From assembly GCA_013239625.1 (NCBI GenBank), contig MU056558.1, forward strand, positions 2,160,553 through 2,224,552: a DNA stretch of 64,000 bases, written 5' to 3'. A model generated the notes under the pieces. It made no database searches. It was not told the DNA's origin and saw only the letters and a program-made list of their open reading frames with translations. This document shows positions 38,001 to 50,369 of this stretch, one piece after another. This DNA is from Lama guanicoe (Eukaryota). Every line of letters begins with the position of its first letter. The first letter of the stretch is position 1. Position numbers and translations under genes: made by a program.

Positions 38001-41000
38001 GCGCCACAGACTGCATGTTTGCCCCAGGAGCCCCACTCATCATGGTCTGTGTGAGCAGCCCCTCCATCATGCTGTGCACAACCCATGTAGTTGTTTGCAG
38101 GTGTCCCCACCTCCTAGCTCTGCTCCTGGTGTCAGGGTCCCAGCCACTTCTGGCGGGGCAGGGAAGTTCTTGGCAGTGGGAGGTGCCCCCTCCCCAGAGT
38201 GGGCCAGACAGCTGGAGGGGATGCTGTTAGAGCCACCAGGTAACCAGGCTGGAGAAGGGCACCAGGAGCTGCCCTGGTCCACATGGGGCAGGGGTTGCAG
38301 TGGCTGGACTCCCCTTAGGCCTCTCCTTAGAGGTGACGTGGAATGCAGGGGACCGGTAGGCAAAGGTGCAGGGACAGTGCACCATCTAGACCATAGGCAC
38401 CCTCTGGAAGAAGCGAGGACAGGGAGGGCTGTGTTTGGTGAGGGTCCTGTGTCCCCTCTCTGGTCTGTGAGGCTCCCCTGCTGGCTGAAAGGCAGTGGGC
38501 AAGTTCCCACCCTCCCTGGCCCCTCTGCTACAGTGTCGGGGGAGGGACCACATGGAGGGTGGGTGAGGCAGCCACGCTCAATTCAGCATCAAGGCGCCAG
38601 CAGCCCAGGCGCGAGCTGCCCCTGCTCTTCTGCAGGGTGAGTGGGTCTCCAGAGGTCCTGGCAGCAGACAAGGGTGTGTGGTGGGATGGACTGGAGGTCC
38701 TCAGCCCCGCGCCAGCTTGGCCTGCCAGACAGCTCCCTGCAGCCCGTGGGGCCTGCCCTGGGTCCCCTACCCTGAGCCTTCTCGCCTACACCCCCACGGC
38801 CTGGCGCGCTACCATCCCCCGAGGGCCATTGTCTTCCAGTGAAGTGAGTTCTTTGTCTGGAAGTGGCTGTGAAGATGTAGCTCAAGGGGCCCTCTGCTGC
38901 CTTCCAGGCTCGGCTCAGGGCCTCGGAGCCCCCAGGGCTGTCACACTCTGGGCAGGAGGCCTCAAGGCTGTGATGGATGCTGCTGAGGCTCCGAGGAACT
39001 GGCCCAGGCAGCAGGCCCAGCAGGCTCCCGGCCCAGCAGGGTAAGGTGTGGCCAGAGGGGGCCAGGTGGGCACGGAAGACCAGCCAGTGCCTTGGGGCCG
39101 CTATGGAGAGAGATATATATATAGTGGGGCCTGGGCACCAGGGCTCTAGTCCCTCTGAGCCAGTGGGTAGGTGATGGGGCGCAAACCCAGATGCTACGCT
39201 GCCACTCTGGGGGTCTAAGTGCACAGAGGAACTGAGTTGGGGGCACACCGGAATCCTGGGCCCATGAGGTCACAGCACTGACTGCGAGAGCACCACGAGG
39301 GAGGCTGGGGCTCCCCCTCCGGCCACACCCCAGGCTCGGAGGGCAGAGCATAGGCTTAGCTCTGGTAGCACAGGAAGGGGCGGTCAGGGAGGGCTGCCTG
39401 GAGAAAGCCTCAACACAGAGGTCCACAGGAGGAATGGGAGTGAGGCTGGGAAGGTGAGGACCTCGGAGGGGTCCCAGCTAAGGGCACGGCAGGTGGAAGG
39501 CATGGGGACACCAGCACTCAGAGCCCTTGGCCCAGGACTGGGTGGAGAGGGAGGCCCGGCGGAGGAGCTGGGGGCTCTGACCTCGGGGCGGGGACTGGCC
39601 CAGTCTGACCCAAGTTCTAAAGAGATGTCTGGTGTCCCGGCCTTGTGCAAGGTGCAATGGGGGTGAGACCTTGTGAAGACTTGAGAGGAAACTGGGGTCC
39701 AGGAGCCGTCCAGGAGAGGGGGGCCCACAGAGGCGCCGGGCTCAGGAGGAATTTCAGGAAGATGGGACAAGATTTGGTGCTTGCTGGAGGGGGGAGGGCA
39801 GGCCGGGCAGATAGCGCCCAGTTTCTGCCGTGGCGTACCCAGCATGAGTAGGCTTGGGGGACCACCGATGCCTCCGGCTGGGCGTGCGGGCTCCAAGGTG
39901 CAGAGGCTGAGGGGCCTGGGCGTTAGGCGGGCAGGGAGGCCCCCTGGTCTGTGCCCGCCCCTCCAGCCTAGCCCAAGGACAGTAACCTCCACACACTTCA
40001 GGGGCCCCTGCCCTGGCCGTGGGTGTCGTAACCACCATCCGGGCCAGACGCTGGGGCCAAGTTGCTGGAGGTTTAATCACTGTCACAACCCTAACCACAC
40101 ACAGGCAGAAACTCCCACTCCCGGCCAAGAGAGCTGTGTGCAAGGCCTTCCCCAGGGCGTGCAGGCGAGGAGGACTAGAGGCGCCGTGGGGACCGCGCGG
40201 CCCGCACGTCCGGCCCCAGCGAGGGGCCACGAGGACAGGAGGGGAGGCGAGCTGCCAGCACGGAGCTTGATTTATACCTGGTTCCCACCCTCTGCCGAGG
40301 ACGGGCCGAGGCCGCAGCCCCGCCGTGGAAGTTCGCCAGGTTTGAAGTCAGGCTCTTCCCGGGCCTCTCCCTTGGTGACCAGAAAAGGCCCTGCCCAGGA
40401 GAGATGGAGCTGCGCTGGGGCTAGGGCATCAGCCCTTTCTCGATCCCAGGGGCCAGGCTGAGTGACAGGAGCTGAGTTCAGCGGCTGTTTGGGGGCTCTT
40501 TCAGGCCCCGAGTCCTGGGCAGGAGCAGGCCTTAGGGAGAAGCGTGCCGTGGTCACTCCTGAACCAGCAGTCGCTCCGCCAGGCCCCAGCGTGCCTGGGG
40601 GAGGCAGCCGCCCTTCTGGTGGGGAGACCCGAGAAACAAGTAAGCACACCTGTGCAGGGAACAGGCTGCAAGGAGAGAAGTAGCCAGGACAGCAGAGAGA
40701 GACCGACATTTGCGCTGAAACCCCAAGGGTGAGGAGTCGCAGGCCAGCAGGGTCTGCAAAGGGTCTGTGCAGAGAGACCTCAGTGTGCTCTGGAACAGAG
40801 GTGGCCTGGTCCAGGGAGGGTGGAGAAGAGCAGCGGCCAAGGCTGGGGCAGGCTTGGCTTGTGGCCTAGGAATGCAGTGTCGACCCCAGAGTCTGGCTGA
40901 CCACAAATGGTGGGTAAACAGTAGCTAATGACGGTTTGGGGGGAATGCTGACCTGGTTCCCCAGTAGATGCCGGAGCCTCAGCAGCCAGCTTTCCAAGGC

Positions 41001-42220
41001 CAGCATTGTGGCCATGTTTGACAAAGGGGCATCTGAGGCTCACAGAGGTCACACAGCAGGTGTGCAGGCAAGCTGAAACCCAGTTACCTATGTCTCCACT
41101 TCAGGATGCCAGACCATTAGAGAAAGGCCCCCATCCTGCCTCTACCCTCAGGGCTGCAGACTTGGCTCTTTATGCTGCTACGGTCAGAGCCAGACTCCAG
41201 TCCCACTTCATCGCGTCCTGGACTGGGGCAGGTGGAACAGGGCTGGACTCGGGAGCTGGGCTCCAAGGAGGCGGTATCTAGGGACAAGACCTGGCATCCT
41301 CTACCCATGACCTCCCTGCACCTTGGGCCATGGGCTGGCCACTGCCCTGTGAACTGGCCAGGGTGCCTGGATCCTGCTTGGTGCCTGGATCCTGGTGATA
41401 CTGGAGGTTGGATCAGCCCTGGGCACCCACCAGCCCAAGACCCCAGTGGTGGACCCGCTGTCTGGCAGGGAAGGGGCCCCACGTGAGGGACTGGTGCGCA
41501 GCGAGAGCGCCTGAGAAGGGAGGGCCTTTGTCCCAGGGTGGGCTCTCATCTCTATCTCTTGGGCCCGTCATCTGCCCTCTGCGAGCCCCAGAGGATCAGA
41601 CCCTGGTGGCCTAACCCTCACTGGCTCAGGGTCCAGCAAAGCCCTGAGGTGCGGAATCCCTGTGCTCCCCTCTTGCAGTGACAACCCTCAGTGATGGGGT
41701 GACGGGGGACATGGGGGCCAGGGCAAGGCTGGGAGGGCCCTGGGGAGCCAGTGTTACTGCCCACATGGAGGGGGCTGCAGGGACTAGCACTGGCCATTGT
41801 CTTTGGGTACAGATCCCACCCTGTCCGCCTAGCCCTGAGTGTCCCAGGCCACTGGCCTTGGCCAGCACACAGCCTGCCTCCACCTGAGCCCTCGCAGAGT
41901 ATGGTAGGGAGCTTTGCTAGCAGAGGTCCTTGTCTGGTGCTTAGGCTGAGCGCCCAGTGCCCTAGAGCGAGGCTGAAGGTGGGGGCTCCAAGAACCCAGT
42001 GGGCAGGGCTGTTGTTCCCTGGGGACAGTCAAGGCCAAGGCTCTTTGAAGGCGGCTCTTTGTGAGCCCTAGGCTCCAGCCTGCAAGGGCCTTCCCCGAGG
42101 CAGGGCAGAGCCTCTGAGCCCCACAGAGCCTGCCTGCCTCAAAGCTTGCCTGGGAACGCTCTCCATGCTGACCTTTGCCCCAGAAACACGGGGGCAAAGA
42201 TGAGTTTGATTAGCAGTCTG

Positions 42221-42256
42221 GGGCTTGGACAGCTGGGCGGGCTTGGACAGCTGGGC
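42221..42256. repeat. Perfect 18-bp tandem duplication
   Basis: GGGCTTGGACAGCTGGGC occurs twice, adjacent. Confidence 0.9.
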
Positions 42257-42820
42257 TGCCATGGAGATGGTCACCTGGCACTTGTAGCAGACACGGCCAC
42301 AGACCCCTGCCAGTTACCCTGTGAGGCTGTGCCAGCTGCACCTCCACCCCAGAAAACTTTGCTCCCCAGGGTGACTCCAAGGTTGATGCAGCCACAGGTT
42401 GGGGTGTGCAGGGAAGCCCCCTCCTCCACCCCTGGCCTGCGGCAGCATTTGGACCTGACCCTTGGTCTGGGGCTCACTGAGGCTGCCCCAGGTCCACTGT
42501 TGGGGTCATCGCTTTTCTCCTCTTGATGCCCAAAGATCTTGCTGGGCTCCCCTGGCTCCAGGGGCAGACCCGACATGGGCTGGGCCCCTGTGGGGAGCAG
42601 GCATTTGGGATGCCCCCGGCCATGGGTGACAGGAGCCTACCCCTGAGGGCACAATGGAGGGAGAGTCCAGAGCTGTGGCTGGGGAAGCCTGGGGGCCCAC
42701 TTGGGACGCATCACTCTTGGCCCTCGCCTCAGCCAGCGCAAAGACTTTGTGTCCCCTTTGAAACCTCGCAAGCCCTGGCCAGTCTGCCAGACTTCACAGC
42801 TCATCACACCCTCCTTTTGA

Positions 42821-43102
<282 letters not shown>

Positions 43103-46073
43103 TAGGGTGTCATGGGACAGGCAGGGTGAGGAGGAATGGGGCCCCAGCAAGGCCCACTGCTCCTCCTTCCCCTGCACCCACTGGTTGGTCCTGGCCCAGG
43201 TCACTGCCATGATGCCCCCCCCCTTGCCCAAGGGCCCTGGTCAGGGCTTGGGATATTTCCATGAGTGTGCCTCCCCGGTGGCTGGACCTGGTGTGGGATG
43301 GGCGTGCTCTGCAGAGCCCTGGGCTGTGCGTGGTGGGCAGCCCCTACCCGAGAAGGTGGTAGATGGTCAGTGTGCAGTGCATGGGGTCCCCACAGGGCAG
43401 CAGGAGCCCAAAGCTGGGTCTTAGTGATGGAGCTGGCACTGCACTCGTCATGTCCTCCTGCCTCTGGCTTCACTCAGACAGGGGTGGTGAGGCTCCACCA
43501 GCTGGTGGCTGGCCCTGGTCTCTCCTGGGACTAGCCGAGCACAGTGCCCCTCATGAGTGCTGCCCCTGCACCCTCCCTAGTACAACCTCTGCCACCCAGA
43601 CCCCTGGTCCAGCACACCCCTGTGGCCTCCTTGTCTCCAGGAGGCATCCTTGGCAGGGAAGGGAGGCTTGTGTGGGCATCTCCAGACCAGGCTTCCCGCA
43701 CCTTGCCCCCCACCTACTGACTGACCTTTGAAAGGACCACCCAGACGGTGCTTGCAGCTTTGGGAGGCCCTGCCGGGCAGGTGGCTGCAGCCTCCCCAGG
43801 ACCAGTGGGTGGGGGTGAGCCCGGCCCTGCCGCCTGGCCTGGTGCCCACAGTGCAGGGGGCGGATTATGCAATCAGTGCACGCCCTGGGGCCCACCAGCC
43901 AGTTAGCCAAGACTAGGCTTGGCCTGTTAGCTGCAGGGTATTTTGAAAGCTCTAAGACGATTTTGGGGGGCAGGGAAATTGCTCAAGAGAAGCTTTATTA
44001 TTCAATTATTTTTTCCTCAAGTGTAAACAGTTAAATTTGGAGAAACAAAATCAGTTTTAATTTCCTAATTTCTCTCCATCACATTGTGTGCAGGGAGCCA
44101 AGAGCAGGGCCTTCCAGACATTGTTAACGGAGGTTCGTTATTCATTAGTCGCCAAAGCACTTTTTTTTCCACCAGAGAAAATTGGCAGCAAACTGTTTTC
44201 ATCTTTTCCAGTAAGCAGCCCTTTGTGCTCACAGAGTCTATTCTTCTGACAGATAAACATTGTGGAAAAAATATGGCTTTTCCTATAAAAGTCATTTGTT
44301 TTATTTCAGGCCTACAGACACATCTGGGTCTCCTCTGCTCGGAGCCCAGGATAGTCGAGCCCCTGTCAAGCCCGAGCCCAGGCAGAAGCCAGCGCACACC
44401 CAGTGTGGGCAAGCGCCCCCACCCCCAGCAAGGCTGCAGTCCCTGGGCTGAGGGGCTGGGGGCTTGGCCTCTTCCCTTTGTGGGGTCTTCACCCCATCCT
44501 TCTCCCAGCCCTGCTTTGGCCATTCTTGGTGGTTCCCGAGAGCTGGTGCTCTGATGGGGTCACGGGCAGGCAACTAGGACAGACATCTTCCTGTGCCCCC
44601 CGAGGATCCCTTCCATTCTCTCCTCACCTGCAGTTTGAGTAGTGGCCCTGAAATCTGGAGGGAAGCCTGTCTGTACAAGTTTGGGCAAACCCCTCACCTT
44701 CAATGCACACCGCCGCAGCAGCTCAGCGCATTGTGACCCAGAGGGACGGGGAGACCACTCGTCAGGTCTCATCAGGTCTCCACCTCCGCCAGGCCCCTGG
44801 CTTTAACCCTGGAGTGGAGAGAAGGGGAGGGACAGGGAGGGGCTGCCCAAGGGCAGGCGCAGGCTTCAGATGGCAGGAGACAGGCCCCCACCCCACCCCA
44901 CAAACACCTCTCACCTGAGCACAGAGAATCATCCCAGACCCTGCCCTTTTGTGTCCCCTGCCCTCCTACCTAACCCCTCCAGGCAGACAGCGTTGTGGGG
45001 TCAGGTGCCACACCAGATGGGTGTCTGTGCTCCAAGCATGACCCATCAGGATTCACAGGCCCTGCTGTCCCCTCATCACGTCCATCCTGCCTGGCTCACA
45101 CCAGCTCAGTTCCACGTGGCCGTGCACACCAGTTTCTACGAGCCCTGCTGTCTTTGCCCACATGGAATCAGGGACCCAGCCTTCCCTGCCGTGCCCAGCC
45201 ATGGATGCAGGCTGAGCCAGCCCATTTCTGGTTACCTTACATGAACCACTAATTGAAGTCTGATGTTCTTGGCCCCCAAACAGTCAGAAACGACAGCTCC
45301 ATCTCCAGCAGCTGAGCTTCCAGGGAAGAGCTGGGAGCTGGGCAAGGCAAGCTCAGAGCCCGACCAGAAAGCTTGCCTGCTGCCCACTGGCTCACAGGCC
45401 TTGGCCGAGGGCCGGGTGGTACCTCAGGGACCTGAGGAGGGCAGGGAAATTTGTGCAAGTGTCCTAGGCACCACCTGCCCTCGCAGCCCTGTCGGCCACA
45501 CCCTTGTGGGTGTTGGGGAGGGGCTGCCTCTGCAGGGCTGAGCTGGTCTCCAAGGCTCCGTGGGGGCCCAGCACGTGGGCATGGCATGGAGCCGCCACGT
45601 GTGCCTCCCTGGGGCCACGCCCCCAGGCCATGTAGACGGGGTGAGCGTGCGTTTGTGTGTACACACGCCAGAGCTAGTGCCGGCAGGCCCATCCTGCTGA
45701 CAGCACCTGTCCCTTCTCCTGGAAGGCCACTCGGAAAACCTGGGACTTGGCGTAGGGGGGACCAGGCCCAGCGCTCCTGGGGCTGGTTTCCACTTGAGCT
45801 GCCTGAAGAAAAGAGGCAGCCTGGGAAGCCCCGCAGCCTCCGTAAGAGCTTTTTTGGCTTCACAGGTTTGGCTTCTACTGTTCCCCCAGCAGGGAGAGGG
45901 CCTGGGTGAGGCAGCCAGACCCCCAACCAGCCCCGTGGGCCAGCAGGGGCAGCTCGCCCTGGGTGTGCACACGTGGGCGTCCACCGGGCACAGTTCTGAG
46001 GGTAACAAGGGGCAGGGGCAGGAAAAATCTGGGGGCCATGCAGAGAGCGAGGGGTCTTATCCGAGTGCCATGA

Positions 46074-46565
<492 letters not shown>

Positions 46566-46844
46566 TGAGAAGGACCTGGTCTACCCTATCTCATGGTCTG
46601 TCACCTGACAGGTGCCTTACCCCTCAACCCAAGAGGCAGATTCTACAAAACCCCTGTCCACTCCAGGGCCTCCCATCCACCTGGCCGGGGCAAGGTCAGG
46701 GTGGGCAGGTAGCGGGAGCAGTGCTGACTGCTCCTGAGAAAAGGCTCCTCCCACTCAGCGGGGTCAGCCTGGAGCTGCGGGGTCGGACCCTGTACTTAGC
46801 GCATGAGGCCAGCTCCGAAATGAGTGTCCATTGGTCTGACCCAG

Positions 46845-46982
46845 GTCCGGATCGAGGAGGACGTCGTGGTGACTGGCAGTGGCATGGAGCTGCTGACCTG
46901 CGTGCCCCGCACGGTGGAGGAGATCGAAGCATGCATGGCAGGCCGTGACAAGGCCTTTGCCCCCTTCTCTGGCCCAAAGTAG
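46845..46982 (+). CDS. PEPD: Prolidase last coding exon 15 (coding part, through TAG)
   Basis: Acceptor ctgacccag. Translates [45 protein letters not shown], with metal ligand E452 in RIEED. Stop TAG at 46980-46982. Confidence 0.97.
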   Translation, partial: VRIEEDVVVTGSGMELLTCVPRTVEEIEACMAGRDKAFAPFSGPK

Positions 46983-47362
46983 AGCCGGCGGGCGTACCCA
47001 GGAGGGGACTGGCACGGCCGCAAGCTTTCTTCATGGCAGGCGGCCTGCTAACTGGGCCCTTCAGCGGTGAGAGTCAGTACTCAGAAATCACATGCGGTTT
47101 GATCACACCAAACAGTTCTGTTTCCTAGAGACAAGCTTTTTTTATTAACCTTCTGCGGGATCACACCCTTAGTGTGTTATTACTTTGCTTATATGACAGT
47201 GGCTTTTAAAATGCTCACTTTCAGTTATCCTGTTCCTTATTTTCAGTAATCCTGTTCTTTACCAGCAACTGAACGAGTGTCTTTGTCATTTGTATTCTCT
47301 GCTCAGGAAAGGTGTGTTTCCGGTGTTTTCTTTCAAAAATCAATACACAGAATGGAATTTGC

Positions 47363-47368
47363 AATAAA
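47363..47368 (+). terminator. PEPD: PEPD polyadenylation signal AATAAA (3' UTR about 0.4 kb)
   Basis: First AATAAA after the stop codon, followed by U/GU-rich sequence (ctctgtgcctggctccctctctcttcttt). Confidence 0.8.
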
Positions 47369-48847
47369 AGGTTTCCTGAAAATGGTCCTCTGTGCCTGGC
47401 TCCCTCTCTCTTCTTTATCCCTTTGCAGATGAGCACTGCGTGCTCAGACCTGGAAACTGACCCTGTGGAGATGCTGGGGGCCTGGGAACTTGGTTCTGCA
47501 CACATCAAAAGGGGGACCACAGAGTAAGAAGCCTTTCAAAGCTGGCTTTCCAAAGGGGGTAGAATTATAGCGTACTTGAGGCACAGTTATTTAAAATTTG
47601 AGACTTGCAGATTCCTTGCCCTTGATTTCCTTTTCATGCAGGACATGATAGCGAAGCCAGTGTCTGTTTGACAGAGACTGCCACCTAAGGCAGCACCATG
47701 GCAAAGGTGAGCTTTCCCATTTGCCAAGTCTGTCTGTGGCCCCCAAGTGTAGGCCCAGTGACCAAACTCCACTCTGAGGCAGCAGGGCCATCCAGGGCCA
47801 GCTGGGCCTGGTCCCTGCCAGTAGCAGGACACCTGCCCTACCTCTGCTTGCCCAGTCCTCCCCGGTCCCACAGAACTGCCTCCATCCTTGCAGCGGCTTC
47901 TAGAATTCTGCACAGCATTCCAGGTTTGTCTCTGCACAGGGCTCTCTCATCCGGGAGTTTCCCAGTCAAGGTGAAGGACAAGTCAGAAGGACAGACATCA
48001 GAGATGAAAACTTGATACGGTGGGAAACTCTGTAGCCCAAGCCAGAGTATCTTTTGTCACTGAAGAGTTTGGTACAAATTGATTTCTTCCTATGGCAATA
48101 ATACAAAAGTGCTTGTGATGTGGCCACATTAAAATAAAGTAATAGTAGGTGCAAATCACCATTTATATTTTTTGCTTCATAGATTTATTACATCCATTTT
48201 TGAAGGTTTCCAGCTGGCGCACAGATATAGTCCCTAAGTTATTCATGATATTGAACAAATTGAGTAATGATCGTCTTTCTGAGGACTGGGAGTCTGAGTT
48301 CACCAAATACTTCTCTACCCCAGCCATATCTGTGATAGACATGTTCTAGTGCACAGGGTTTCAATTTTCCCCACCCCCAGGATAAAACCAGGTATGGTCA
48401 GGTTGAAATTCTAAGTGGACAGTTGAGTTGTGTTAACTTAAAAACAGCTGAGCATATCACACATCTCCCTCCTTCCTCTCCTTTAGACATTTTATACCAA
48501 AACTGACCATTTCACATAAATGTTTGCTCTCATTATCAAGGAAGTAGATAAAAAGGAACAAGTAGAAATCTCAGTAACTAAATGCTTTGTCCAAGAGGGA
48601 CACTGGGAACGGAATTGGCTGGTTGAGCCCAGCTGGGTAAAACAAAGGGCATTCTTCGCAGGTACAGGACTGGGGCGGGGGGGAGCAGCAGCTCCCTACT
48701 CTTCCGCATGTTCCAGGGGACGTATCCAACTCCTGACTCTCCAACTTCTGCAGAAATTTGTACAGCTTCAGAAATACATCAGAGACCCTTCCAAAGAAAG
48801 CTGCACCGTGCCAAAGGCCTTCCTGAAACCCAGGAAAGGTCTAGCTA

Positions 48848-49460
48848 GTTATTCAATAAATGAGCATCTCCTATGTGCCAGTGTGGTATAAAAACGTGAT
48901 CCCTGCACTCAGAGCCTGGATTCTCCTGAGAGTCTTCCCCTTAGGCAAAGGTACCAATAGATCATCTCAAACATTGGAAAGTGCCACGAAGGAAAGTAAC
49001 AGATTTGACCTTGTCTAGAAAGCCAGGGGGCTGAGTCAGGAAGGGTGGAAAGTGAAAAGCAAGAGGAGTTCTGGACATTAGGAGCTGTCCTAAGGTGGCC
49101 GGCCCTAGGGTAAAAAGAGCTGGGACAAACCCTGCAGCCAAAGTGAAGTGATGTGGGAGAGAATGGAGGGCAAGGAAGGCAGCAAGAGCAAGTGGAGCCA
49201 TGTCCTGGGGAGACTGGGCCTCACCCTGAGTGCACTGGGGTTCAGAAGGTTCTGGAGAACATGCAATGGTCCAGGGAGACCAAAGCCAGGCAAGAGAGGG
49301 TGATGGCTCTGCAGAAGGTAGGGGAGGTGAAGCAGACCTCAGGAGATTCATTTAGGAGGTACAGCTGAATGAAAGGCAGTGGCGTGCAAAGGCATCTGGC
49401 AGTAATAGCTGCCACAGAGGAAGCGGCAAGACTTGGTAACTGGGCTGCAAAAAGGTGTGA
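48848..49460 (-). mobile_element. L2 LINE remnant in the PEPD-CEBPG intergenic gap
   Basis: attcaataaatgagcatctcctatgtgccag...tccctgcactc followed by purine-rich L2-like sequence. Confidence 0.55.
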
Positions 49461-50369
49461 GAGTGATTGCCTCACTTAACTCCATTCTCTTCTAAGCCTG
49501 GTTCCCGACACCACTGCGTAACCTTCAGGTCTGGAACTCTGGGAGGAGTAGGGCTGTGGCAGTAAGAGAATATTCAGGGATGGTATTCTCCTCTGAGTAC
49601 ACATAAAATGCATATGAACTCCTCAGATACTCCACAGGTAGCCAAAGAGCAGTACGTCTAAAGTGCTTTTGTTAAAAAAGAGCTGGCACCTTCACAAATC
49701 TCTATATAAAATTCCCTTATAAGTTATTAGATTCTAAATTACAACCAATTTATGAAAATGAAATGGGACATATTACCCACAGAAATAATCACCGTACTCT
49801 AATTTTCATTAAGATGCAGTCAGCAGACGTCTACTTCTCAAGACATGAGAATAACTGAAGGATCACAGAAGACAACTATCTAAATGACATCTTCCCTAAA
49901 ACACTCAGATCAGCTCCTCGGACTCACACGTTCTATGGCACCAGTACATGAAGACAATGTCCATACACTACAGGTTGTGCTTTTAGGGGAAAGGCCTCAC
50001 TTTGACCTTCCCATCTACTGCAGAGCCTAGAACTCATTTCCCACCACCCCGTGGGTGGAGACCACACTGAAGACATGAAGCAGAACACCAGTCACTGCTG
50101 TCTGCATTCTGGTTTTTTACACTAGACCAGGTGACACGGACAATAACTAAAGAGGCACTCTGAATTCAGAGAAAACTACGTTCCTATCACTAAGGGAAAT
50201 CCAGCTGGGACAAAAGCACTTCTGCTTGCCCCCCGCCCCCACCACCGCCTCACCTCTGCCCTGGGCTGGGACTAAAAAGGCAGCAAGACATCTGCCTGGC
50301 TCCTTAGAGCTGGTTAACACTTGGACCACTTTCTTGGTATTGGACATAAAGAAACCCACAATGAAATAC

